Assembly (NCBI GenBank): GCA_963730185.1
Contig: CAVSQW010000015.1
Span: 544,001 to 608,000, forward strand
Source: an uncultured Gemmatimonadales bacterium
Lineage (GTDB): Bacteria; Gemmatimonadota; Gemmatimonadetes; Gemmatimonadales; GWC2-71-9
DNA length: 64,000 nt
Direction: 5' to 3'
Numbering within the stretch: position 1 is the stretch's first letter; each line of letters begins with the position of its first letter. A program made the translations under genes and the position numbers. Below, piece by piece: positions 50,135 through 57,575 of this stretch. A model generated the notes under the pieces. The model did no database searches and was not told the origin of the DNA. It saw nothing but the letters and a program-made list of their open reading frames with translations.

Positions 50135-50755
50135 ATGCGCAATATCGCCGAGAACACCGTCCGCCGCCTCTCCCTCTACTTGCGATTCCTCGAGGAATTC
50201 GAGCATGAGGGGGCGGCGACGGTCAGCTCCGGGGCCCTGGCGGCCCGGGGCGGCACCACCTCGGCGCAGGTTCGGAAGGACCTCTCGTTCTTCGGATCGT
50301 TCGGCAAACGGGGCCTGGGGTATTCGGTTCCGCAGCTGATCACCCGGCTCCGGGAGATTCTGGGTCTCGGGCGCCGGTACCAGGTGATCGTGATCGGGGC
50401 AGGCAAGATCGGGAGCGCGTTGAGCCAGTACCAGGGTTTCGCGGACCGAGGCTTCGACATCGTGGGAATCTTCGATCGCGACCCGGCCAAGATCGGAATG
50501 ACGTGGGGCGGGCTCGAGGTGCGCGACGTGGCCGATCTCGACCTGAACTGCGGCGACCTCCATCCGGACATCGCGGTGATCGTGACCTCGGGCGACGGCG
50601 CCCAACCGGTGGCCGACCGCGCGGTGGCCTGCGGGGTGACCGCCATCCTCAACTTCGCCCCGGTGCAGCTCCACGTGCCGGCGACGGTGACGGTCAAGAA
50701 CGTGAACCTGGTGCTGGAGCTCGAGGCGCTCAGTTTTGCGCTCGCCAACAAGTGA
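50135..50755 (+). CDS. rex: Redox-sensing transcriptional repressor Rex
   Basis: TVRRLSLYLR.L, QVRKDLS.FG.FGKRG.GY, IGAGKIG, ILNFAP. Confidence 0.97.
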   Translation: MRNIAENTVRRLSLYLRFLEEFEHEGAATVSSGALAARGGTTSAQVRKDLSFFGSFGKRGLGYSVPQLITRLREILGLGRRYQVIVIGAGKIGSALSQYQGFADRGFDIVGIFDRDPAKIGMTWGGLEVRDVADLDLNCGDLHPDIAVIVTSGDGAQPVADRAVACGVTAILNFAPVQLHVPATVTVKNVNLVLELEALSFALANK

Positions 50756-50811
50756 TTGGGGACGACCCAGCCACCTAGTCCCAGCCTTCGTCCCGACATA
50801 TAGTTGGATCC

Positions 50812-51144
50812 ATGAGTTCACGTCGTCGGCGGCAGCGACGGACCGGATGGCTCGCCCTGGTCATGTATCTGGGCGCGGCGATCGTGCTGCCGTTGCTCCA
50901 TGCCGAAGACGAGGTCCTCTGGAGCCAGCCGAGCTACGAGGCGCACCATACGGATGGTTGTCGCGTCATCCATTCGGAAGCCGGTTGCCCCACCCACCAT
51001 CACTATGCCAATCCCGAGCTGGCCGCGCGCCGGCTCGTGTCGCTTGCCGGACCGGTGGTCCAGGTTCCGGCGCCCGCCACCGACCACCCGGTCGGGGCGC
51101 TCCTCGTCCTTCTCCTTCGTACCCGCGCGCCTCCCATCGCCTGA
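50812..51144 (+). CDS. His/Cys-rich secretory leader protein ending in RAPP (DUF2946/CutF/CruR-like)
   Basis: Basic N-terminus plus hydrophobic segment, HHTDGC-RVI-H-SEAG-CPTHHH, Pro-rich spacer, ...RTRAPPIA-stop. TATAGT lies 7 nt before the ATG. Confidence 0.75.
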   Translation: MSSRRRRQRRTGWLALVMYLGAAIVLPLLHAEDEVLWSQPSYEAHHTDGCRVIHSEAGCPTHHHYANPELAARRLVSLAGPVVQVPAPATDHPVGALLVLLLRTRAPPIA

Positions 51145-51247
51145 CGGTCTGAGTCGCGAGCGGTGAGGGTGGACGCCGGCCGTGGCCGGCGGCCGCTCGC
51201 TCTCCGTTCGCTCATCTCGTCATCATCAGCCCTGAGGAGGAGCAGAG

Positions 51248-52513
51248 ATGCGCGGTCTCACCGCGATCTGCTTCGCGCTGGCCGTGGGAGCCGCCGGGAT
51301 GCCGGCGGTAGCCCGGGCCCAGACACCGGAGCAACGCGCCGATTCGTTGGCGCGAGACCTCGCGCGTCTCAAGGCGCGCATCGATTCCCTGGAACGCACC
51401 GTGGCCGGGCTGCGGGGCCCGTCGCGGGATACGGCCCCAGCCGCCGACGAGCTCACGGCGCTCCGGGCGGCCGCGGCCGCGGCCGCCCCCACCGACACCA
51501 CCAAGCGCGAAGAGCGGACCTTCGTGAGCCGGACCCGGAGTCAGCCGCAGCTCAATCCCGAGATCAGCGCCACCGGCGACGTGCGTTTCGTCGCCCGGCA
51601 GCCGGGGCCGCAGCAGGACAACGTCGACGTCCGGGAGTTCGAGTTCGCGTTGCAGTCGCCCCTCGATCCCTTCTCGAGCACCAAGATCTTCCTGTCGTGG
51701 GAGGGCGGGCACGTCGACGTGGAGGAGGGCTACGCCTACTGGACCGGGCTACCGGGGCACCTTCGTCTCGACGTCGGCCGCTTCCGCCAACAGGTCGGCG
51801 AGCTCAACCGGTGGCACCTCCACGCGCTGCCCGAGTCCGAGTACCCGCTGGTGATCACCGAGTACCTGGGGGAGGACGGCCTGGTGGGCGATGGCCTGAG
51901 CCTCTACTGGCTGGCGCCCTCCACCGGGAAGGCGCTCGGCACCCACGAGCTCTACGGCCAGGTGACGCTGGCCAACAGTGACGCTCTCTTCGACGGGGGC
52001 CACCGGCTGGCCGTCAACGGGCACTTCCTGAATTTCTGGCAGCTCTCGCCCAGCACCTTTCTTCAGGTCGGCGCCTCGGGGCTCTACGGTCGGAACCCCG
52101 ATGCCGATCTCTCGACCACGCTCTACGGGGCCGAGTTCCGGCTCTCGTGGCGGCCGCCCAGTCGGGCGCTCTACCGGTCGTTCACCCTCCGGGGCGAAGG
52201 CTTCCGGGTCAGGCAGAAGGTCGCCGGGGTCGGCGACCCGCACCACGGCGGCTACCTCGGCGCCGACTGGCAGGTGAGCCGGCGCCTTCATCTGGGCACC
52301 CGCTTCGACTGGGTCGAGCCCCGGATCGGCGGCGACGCGATCTGGGCGGTGGTGCCGCATCTCACCTGGTGGCAAAGCGAGTGGGTGTATCTCCAGGCCG
52401 AGTGGGAACACCGCGCCACGCCCAGCCCCGACCTCGACGCCCGCCTCACGACCAACCGCCTCCTGCTCCGCGCGGTCTGGTCGATCGGTCCCCATAAACA
52501 CGAGAACTACTGA
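51248..52513 (+). CDS. Outer-membrane beta-barrel (porin-like) putative metal-uptake protein
   Basis: Signal peptide, coiled coil, NPEIS, E.E.ALQSPLDPF, VEEGY, LNRWHLH, C-terminal IGPHKHENY. SD GAGGAGGAG. Confidence 0.8.
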   Translation: MRGLTAICFALAVGAAGMPAVARAQTPEQRADSLARDLARLKARIDSLERTVAGLRGPSRDTAPAADELTALRAAAAAAAPTDTTKREERTFVSRTRSQPQLNPEISATGDVRFVARQPGPQQDNVDVREFEFALQSPLDPFSSTKIFLSWEGGHVDVEEGYAYWTGLPGHLRLDVGRFRQQVGELNRWHLHALPESEYPLVITEYLGEDGLVGDGLSLYWLAPSTGKALGTHELYGQVTLANSDALFDGGHRLAVNGHFLNFWQLSPSTFLQVGASGLYGRNPDADLSTTLYGAEFRLSWRPPSRALYRSFTLRGEGFRVRQKVAGVGDPHHGGYLGADWQVSRRLHLGTRFDWVEPRIGGDAIWAVVPHLTWWQSEWVYLQAEWEHRATPSPDLDARLTTNRLLLRAVWSIGPHKHENY

Positions 52514-53568
52514 TGACCACGATCCTGATCCTGCTCCTGGCCTCCGTGCCGTCGCCCGTCGCGGCCGCGCCGCCGGTCCCACCGCCCGCCGCCGAGCTCC
52601 GGGTGGTCACCTCGCTCTCGACCTACGCCGCCATCGCCAGGGAGCTGGTGGGCGACAAGGGCACCGTGGTCTCGATCGGCCAGGGCGACGAGAACCCCCA
52701 CTACGTCCAGCCCCGGCCCAGCTTTGCGCTCGAGCTCCGGCGGGCCGACCTCTTCGTCTCGACCGGGCTCGACCTCGAGCTGTGGGTCCCGGCCCTGCTC
52801 GACAAGGCCAACAACCCGAAGGTGAGCGACGGCGGCCCCGGGCAGGTGACCGCGTACACCGGGGTGCGTCTGCTGGACATCCCGACCTCGACCAGCCGGG
52901 CGGAGGGCGACATCCACGCCTTCGGGAATCCGCACATCTGGGCCGATCCGATCAACGCGATCGTGATCGGCCAGAACATCACCACCGGGCTTGCCCGAGT
53001 GGCCCCGGGCGACGCCCGGTACTTCAAGGACCGGTTCACGGCCTGGCGGAGCCGGGTGCTCCAGGCCCTGGTCGGCGAGCCGATCGTCAAGCTCCTCGGC
53101 GAGGACGCCGTCTTCAGCCTGCTGGACCAGGGCAAGTTCTGGAACTTCGTTCAGAACCAGCAGTACCAGGGGGCGCCGCTGATCGAGCAGCTCGGCGGTT
53201 GGCTCAAGAAGGGCGAGGTCTTCCGAGGGAAGGAAATGGTCTGCTATCACAAGGAGTGGGACTACTTCTCCCGGCGGTTCGACATTCCCTGCATCGATTT
53301 CATCGAGCCCAAGCCGGGGATCCCGCCGTCGCCGGGGCACGTCGCCAAGCTGATCGCGGAGATCCGCGACCGCCATATCCCGGTGATCTTCGCGGCCAAC
53401 TTCTACGATCCCCGGCAGGCCAAGGTGATCGCCCAGCGGACCGGCTCCACGGCCGTGATCGTCCCGGCCAACGCGGCCGGGGCGCCGGGGACGGACACCT
53501 ACATCGGACTCGTCAACTTGTGGGTCGACCAACTCGCCGCCGGCTTCGCCCGGCAGGGCGGGGACTGA
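52513..53568 (+). CDS. Metal ABC substrate-binding protein (ZnuA/TroA cluster A-I)
   Basis: ENPHY, GLDLE.W, GNPHIWADP, YHKEWDYF, EPKPGIPPSP.H. Confidence 0.92.
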   Translation: MTTILILLLASVPSPVAAAPPVPPPAAELRVVTSLSTYAAIARELVGDKGTVVSIGQGDENPHYVQPRPSFALELRRADLFVSTGLDLELWVPALLDKANNPKVSDGGPGQVTAYTGVRLLDIPTSTSRAEGDIHAFGNPHIWADPINAIVIGQNITTGLARVAPGDARYFKDRFTAWRSRVLQALVGEPIVKLLGEDAVFSLLDQGKFWNFVQNQQYQGAPLIEQLGGWLKKGEVFRGKEMVCYHKEWDYFSRRFDIPCIDFIEPKPGIPPSPGHVAKLIAEIRDRHIPVIFAANFYDPRQAKVIAQRTGSTAVIVPANAAGAPGTDTYIGLVNLWVDQLAAGFARQGGD

Positions 53569-53588
53569 GCCAACCGAGGAGCAGATCC

Positions 53589-54410
53589 ATGCTCGAATTG
53601 ATCCTGCCGCCGTTCGTCGCCTGTCTCGTCCTGGTGTCGATCCTGGCCTACCTCGGCGTCCACGTGATCGCGCGCGAAGTGATCTTCGTCGACCTCTCGC
53701 TCGCCCAGATGGCGGCGCTCGGCAGCACCACGGCGCTGCTGTTCGGGATCGAGGGCGGGAGCCCGGGCGCCTACGGCTTCGCCCTGGCCTTCACGGTGGT
53801 GGGCGCCGCGATCTTCGCCGCCACCCGGTCCAACAAGAAGTCCCAGCGGGTGCCCCACGAGGCGATCATCGGCATCGTCTACGTGGTGGCGTCGGCGGCC
53901 ACGCTGCTGGTGGCCGACAAAGCCCCGCAGGGGGCCGAGGCAGTGAAGGAGCTCCTGGTGGGCGCGATCCTCTGGGTCACCTGGCCCCAGATCCTCCGAC
54001 TGGTCGTGGTGTTCTCGATCGTGGGGCTGGTCCACTGGCTCCTCCGCGATCGGTTCCTCGCCATCTCGTTCCACGAGGAGGAGGCCGAGGCGCGCGGTTG
54101 GCGGGTCCGGTGGTGGGACTTCGTCTTCTACCTCACCTTCGGCGTGGCCATCACCCTGGCCGTGCCGGTGGCGGGCGTGCTGCTGGTGTTCTCGTTCCTG
54201 GTCGTGCCGGCGGTGGTGGCGTTCCTGTTCACCACCAACATCCGGAAGCTGGCCCTGGCCAGCTGGGCCGCCGGCGCCCTGGCCTCGGCCGTCGGCCTCG
54301 GTCTCTCGTTCAAGTACGACCTCCCGACCGGGCCGCTGATCGTGTGCGGCTTCGGGGCGCTGCTGGTGCTGGCCGGGGCGGTGAGACGGGTTGTGACTCG
54401 TGAGTTGTGA
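53589..54410 (+). CDS. Metal ABC permease (ZnuB/ABC-3 family)
   Basis: YLGVHV..R.VIFVDLSLAQMAALG, EAIIG..Y, LLVG.IL.V, GVLLVFSFLVVPA, DLPTGP.IV. SD GAGGAG before ATG 53589. Confidence 0.92.
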   Translation: MLELILPPFVACLVLVSILAYLGVHVIAREVIFVDLSLAQMAALGSTTALLFGIEGGSPGAYGFALAFTVVGAAIFAATRSNKKSQRVPHEAIIGIVYVVASAATLLVADKAPQGAEAVKELLVGAILWVTWPQILRLVVVFSIVGLVHWLLRDRFLAISFHEEEAEARGWRVRWWDFVFYLTFGVAITLAVPVAGVLLVFSFLVVPAVVAFLFTTNIRKLALASWAAGALASAVGLGLSFKYDLPTGPLIVCGFGALLVLAGAVRRVVTREL

Positions 54411-54554
54411 GTGGCGACTAGGGAGGGAGTGGTGAGGAGGGAGTAGGGGTGCGCCGGACGCCACTCACTACTCCCGCCTGGTCGGGGTGCCGGCCGCGCC
54501 CTACTCACGACTCACGACTCCCTCCCTACTCCCTATTCCCAACTCCCTAGTCCC
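54393..54554. repeat. Imperfect 56-bp inverted repeat built from heptamers (GAGTxGx / xCxACTC)
   Basis: 54393-54448 matches the reverse complement of 54499-54554 at 44/56 positions without gaps, with a spacer of about 50 nt. Confidence 0.85.
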
Positions 54555-54571
54555 TACCATTAACTTCCGTC

Positions 54572-55801
54572 ATGCGCGTCCGCGTGACCTCCGAAATCGG
54601 GCCCCTCCAGGCCGTCGTCGTGCATTCGCCGGGCAAGGAGCTCGAGGCAGTCACGCCGGGCACCCGGGAGGACTATCTCTACGACGACTTGATCGGGCTC
54701 GAGGTCTCGGCCCGGGAGCACCGGCGGCTGGTGGCGGTGCTCAAGAAGGTCTCCCGGGTGCATGAGATCGCCGACCTGATGGCCCAGGCGCTGGCGATTC
54801 CCGAGGCCCGGGAGTTCGTGATCGCCCGGACCCTCGACGTGGTGCCCTCCGAGTCGTTGACCCAGGACCTGAGCGAGCTGGCGCCGAAGGCCCTGGTCCG
54901 GACCCTGATCGAAGGGGTCGAGGCCAAGGGGGGGCCGATCTCCCGGACCCTCAACGAGGTCGGCTTCGCGCTTCCCCCGCTGCCCAACCTGTTTTTTCCG
55001 CGCGACGTGGGGATCGTGGTGGGGAGCCATGCGGTGGTGGGGTCGATGCGCTACGGGATCCGCTGGACCGAGGAGCTCCTGCTGGCCACCCTGTTCCGCT
55101 TCCATCCCGAGCTCGAGAACGCGGGCCTGCTCTACGATGGGTTCGAGGAGAAGCGGAGCAACTACACTCTCGAAGGGGGCGATGTCCACGTCCTCCGGGA
55201 GGACCTCCTTCTGGTGGGGTTCTCGGAGCGGTCGTCGCCGGCCGCCCTCGACCGGCTGGCCGACCTGGCGTTCGAGCACACCTCAGTGACCGACGTCGTC
55301 GTGGTGGTGATGCCGCGGCAGCCGATCGCCATCCACCTGGACATGCTCTTCACCCACCTCGATCGCGACCTCTGCGCCGTCTATCCGCCGACCTTCATCG
55401 GGCCGGAGCGCCTGACCATCCTCCACCGGAAGAAGGGCCGGAAGACGGTCCGGGAGCGGAGCGACCTCTTCTCGGCGCTCAAGCAGGTCGGGCTCCCCCT
55501 GCAGGCGGTGCTCACCGGCGGAGCGCGGCGGATCACCCAGGAGCGGGAGCAGTGGGCCAGCGGCTGCAACTTCTTCGCGGTGCGGCCCGGCATGGTGTTG
55601 AGCTATCAGCGTAACGAGGCCACCCTGCGGGCGATGGAGGAGGCGGGGTTCAGCGTGGTGCCGAGCCAGGAGTTCGTCGGGTTCGACGACTGGGCCGAGT
55701 CGCGGAGCCGGGTGGTGATCACCATTCCGGGGAGCGAGCTGGTCCGGGGCGGGGGCGGGCCCCGGTGTATGACCATGCCGATCCGGCGGCTCGATCCTTG
55801 A
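54572..55801 (+). CDS. arcA: Arginine deiminase family protein
   Basis: V.SEIG.L..V.VH.PG.E, PLPNLFFPRD, LEGGDV, HLD, EQW..GCN, SELVRGGGGPRCMT.P. Confidence 0.9.
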   Translation: MRVRVTSEIGPLQAVVVHSPGKELEAVTPGTREDYLYDDLIGLEVSAREHRRLVAVLKKVSRVHEIADLMAQALAIPEAREFVIARTLDVVPSESLTQDLSELAPKALVRTLIEGVEAKGGPISRTLNEVGFALPPLPNLFFPRDVGIVVGSHAVVGSMRYGIRWTEELLLATLFRFHPELENAGLLYDGFEEKRSNYTLEGGDVHVLREDLLLVGFSERSSPAALDRLADLAFEHTSVTDVVVVVMPRQPIAIHLDMLFTHLDRDLCAVYPPTFIGPERLTILHRKKGRKTVRERSDLFSALKQVGLPLQAVLTGGARRITQEREQWASGCNFFAVRPGMVLSYQRNEATLRAMEEAGFSVVPSQEFVGFDDWAESRSRVVITIPGSELVRGGGGPRCMTMPIRRLDP

Positions 55802-56652
55802 CCGGTTTGGCGCCGGTGCCGGCCGGGACGCTCGCCGATCGCGCGATCGCGATGCTCGGCGAGGGGCCCCGGCCGGCGTCGGCGCTCTCTCAGGAGGTCT
55901 TTGGCCTGGCCCGGGCCCCGGCCGCCGTCGCCGAGCGGCTGGCGGTGGCCCTGCTCGGGGCCGACCCGCGGGTCCGACGTCTGCCGGACGGCCGCTGGAG
56001 TCTGGTGGCGGCCGCCGCCGGCTCCCCCCTGATCGGCGACTGCGCCTTTGCGGTGGTCGACGTGGAGACGACCGGCAGCCGGTTCGGCGGGGCCGACCGG
56101 GTTACCGAGGTGGCGGTGGCGGTGGTCCAGGGCCCCCGCTGCGAGGTGGTGCTCGACACGCTGGTCAATCCCGAGCGTCCGATCCCGTCCTTCGTCAGCG
56201 CGGTCACCCGGATCACCGACGCCATGGTCCGCTCGGCCCCGACCTTCGACGAGGTTGCCGACCAGCTGCTCGAGGCCGTGGCCGGCCGGGTCTTCGTCGC
56301 CCACAACGTTCGATTCGACTGGCGCTTCCTGAGCGGCGAGCTCCGCCGGGCCCGGGGGCTCACCCTCGAGGGCTCCCGCCTCTGCACGGTTCGCTTGGCC
56401 CGCGCCCTGGTGAGCGGGCTCGGCTCCTACGCCCTCGACAACGTGAGCCAGTACTTCGGGGTCGAGAATCCGGCCCGGCACCGGGCCGGCGGCGACGCCT
56501 GGGCCACCGGCCGGGTGCTCCAGTCGCTCCTCACCCTCGCCCGGGACCGGGAGGCTCGGACGCTGCAGGACCTCGAGGGGCTCCAGGTTCGCCGGAAGGG
56601 CAAGAAGCGCCGGGGCCGCCGGGGCCGGAGCGCGCCCGAAGACATGTTCTAG
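55798..56652 (+). CDS. DEDDh 3'-5' exonuclease (DnaQ/PolC-epsilon-like) with N-terminal extension
   Basis: VVDVETTG, AHNVRFD, LCT..LAR, HRAGGDA. TTG 55798 overlaps the arcA stop. Confidence 0.88.
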   Translation: MTGLAPVPAGTLADRAIAMLGEGPRPASALSQEVFGLARAPAAVAERLAVALLGADPRVRRLPDGRWSLVAAAAGSPLIGDCAFAVVDVETTGSRFGGADRVTEVAVAVVQGPRCEVVLDTLVNPERPIPSFVSAVTRITDAMVRSAPTFDEVADQLLEAVAGRVFVAHNVRFDWRFLSGELRRARGLTLEGSRLCTVRLARALVSGLGSYALDNVSQYFGVENPARHRAGGDAWATGRVLQSLLTLARDREARTLQDLEGLQVRRKGKKRRGRRGRSAPEDMF

Positions 56653-56671
56653 CCGGCGTTATACTTGAATC

Positions 56672-57568
56672 ATGGCTCTCGTTCATAGCTTCGAGCTGGG
56701 CCGGCTCCGCTGCCACGCGCTGGAGGCGGGCCTCCAGCGGCTCGACGGCGGCGCGATGTTCGGCGTCGTCCCGAAGCCGCTGTGGCAACGGCGGATCGCG
56801 CCCGACGACCGGAACCGGATTCCCCTGGCGATGCGCTGCCTCCTGGTGGAGCACCCGGACGGGCTGGTCCTGATCGACACCGGACTGGGCAACAAAGAGG
56901 ACGCCAAGTTCAAGGACATCTACGGGATCGAGAACGAGGGCCCGGACGGGCGGACCTGGTTGGAGCAGGCCCTGGCCGAGTTGGGGCACCCGCCGGCCGA
57001 CGTGCGGTGGGTGATCAACACCCACCTTCACTTCGACCACGCGGGCGGCAACACCTGGGAGGAGCACGACGACGGCGTCGCGATCGGGGGGCCCCGGCTC
57101 ACCTTCCCGAAGGCCACCTACGTCGTCCAGTGGGGTGAGCTCGAGTTCGCCCAGGAGACCAACGAGCGAACCCGGGCCTCGTACCTGCCGGCCAACTTCG
57201 AGCCGGTGGCGGAGGCGGGGAAGTGGAAGCTCCTCCGGGGCGACGTCGAGATCCTGCCCGGCATCCAGTCCCGGGTTACCCCAGGGCACGTGCCCAATCA
57301 CCAGAGCATCGTGCTCCGGAGCGAGGGTGACACCTTGATCTACCTGGCCGACGTCATGCCGACCAGCCACCACCTCCCGCTCCCCTGGATCATGGGCTAC
57401 GACCTGGAGCCGCTCCGGACCCTCGAGTCCAAGCGGAAGATCGTCCGGCAGGCCATGGAGGACGGCTGGTGGCTCTTCTTCGAGCACGATCCCGACCTGA
57501 TCATGGGTCGGCTGGGCGAGGGCGATCGCGGCCCGGCCCTCGGCGATGTGGTCCGGGTGCGGCGGTGA
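56672..57568 (+). CDS. MBL-fold metallo-hydrolase (YtnP-like)
   Basis: LDGGAMFGVVPK.LW, LIDTG.G, THLHFDHAGG, TPGH..HQ, W.MGYD, FEHD. Confidence 0.92.
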   Translation: MALVHSFELGRLRCHALEAGLQRLDGGAMFGVVPKPLWQRRIAPDDRNRIPLAMRCLLVEHPDGLVLIDTGLGNKEDAKFKDIYGIENEGPDGRTWLEQALAELGHPPADVRWVINTHLHFDHAGGNTWEEHDDGVAIGGPRLTFPKATYVVQWGELEFAQETNERTRASYLPANFEPVAEAGKWKLLRGDVEILPGIQSRVTPGHVPNHQSIVLRSEGDTLIYLADVMPTSHHLPLPWIMGYDLEPLRTLESKRKIVRQAMEDGWWLFFEHDPDLIMGRLGEGDRGPALGDVVRVRR

Positions 57569-57575
57569 GGGCCGG

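Noticed and set aside
37646..54554. Repeat arrays as possible CRISPR
   Set aside because: The units are 7-10 nt and tandem, with no unique spacers and no cas genes in the window.
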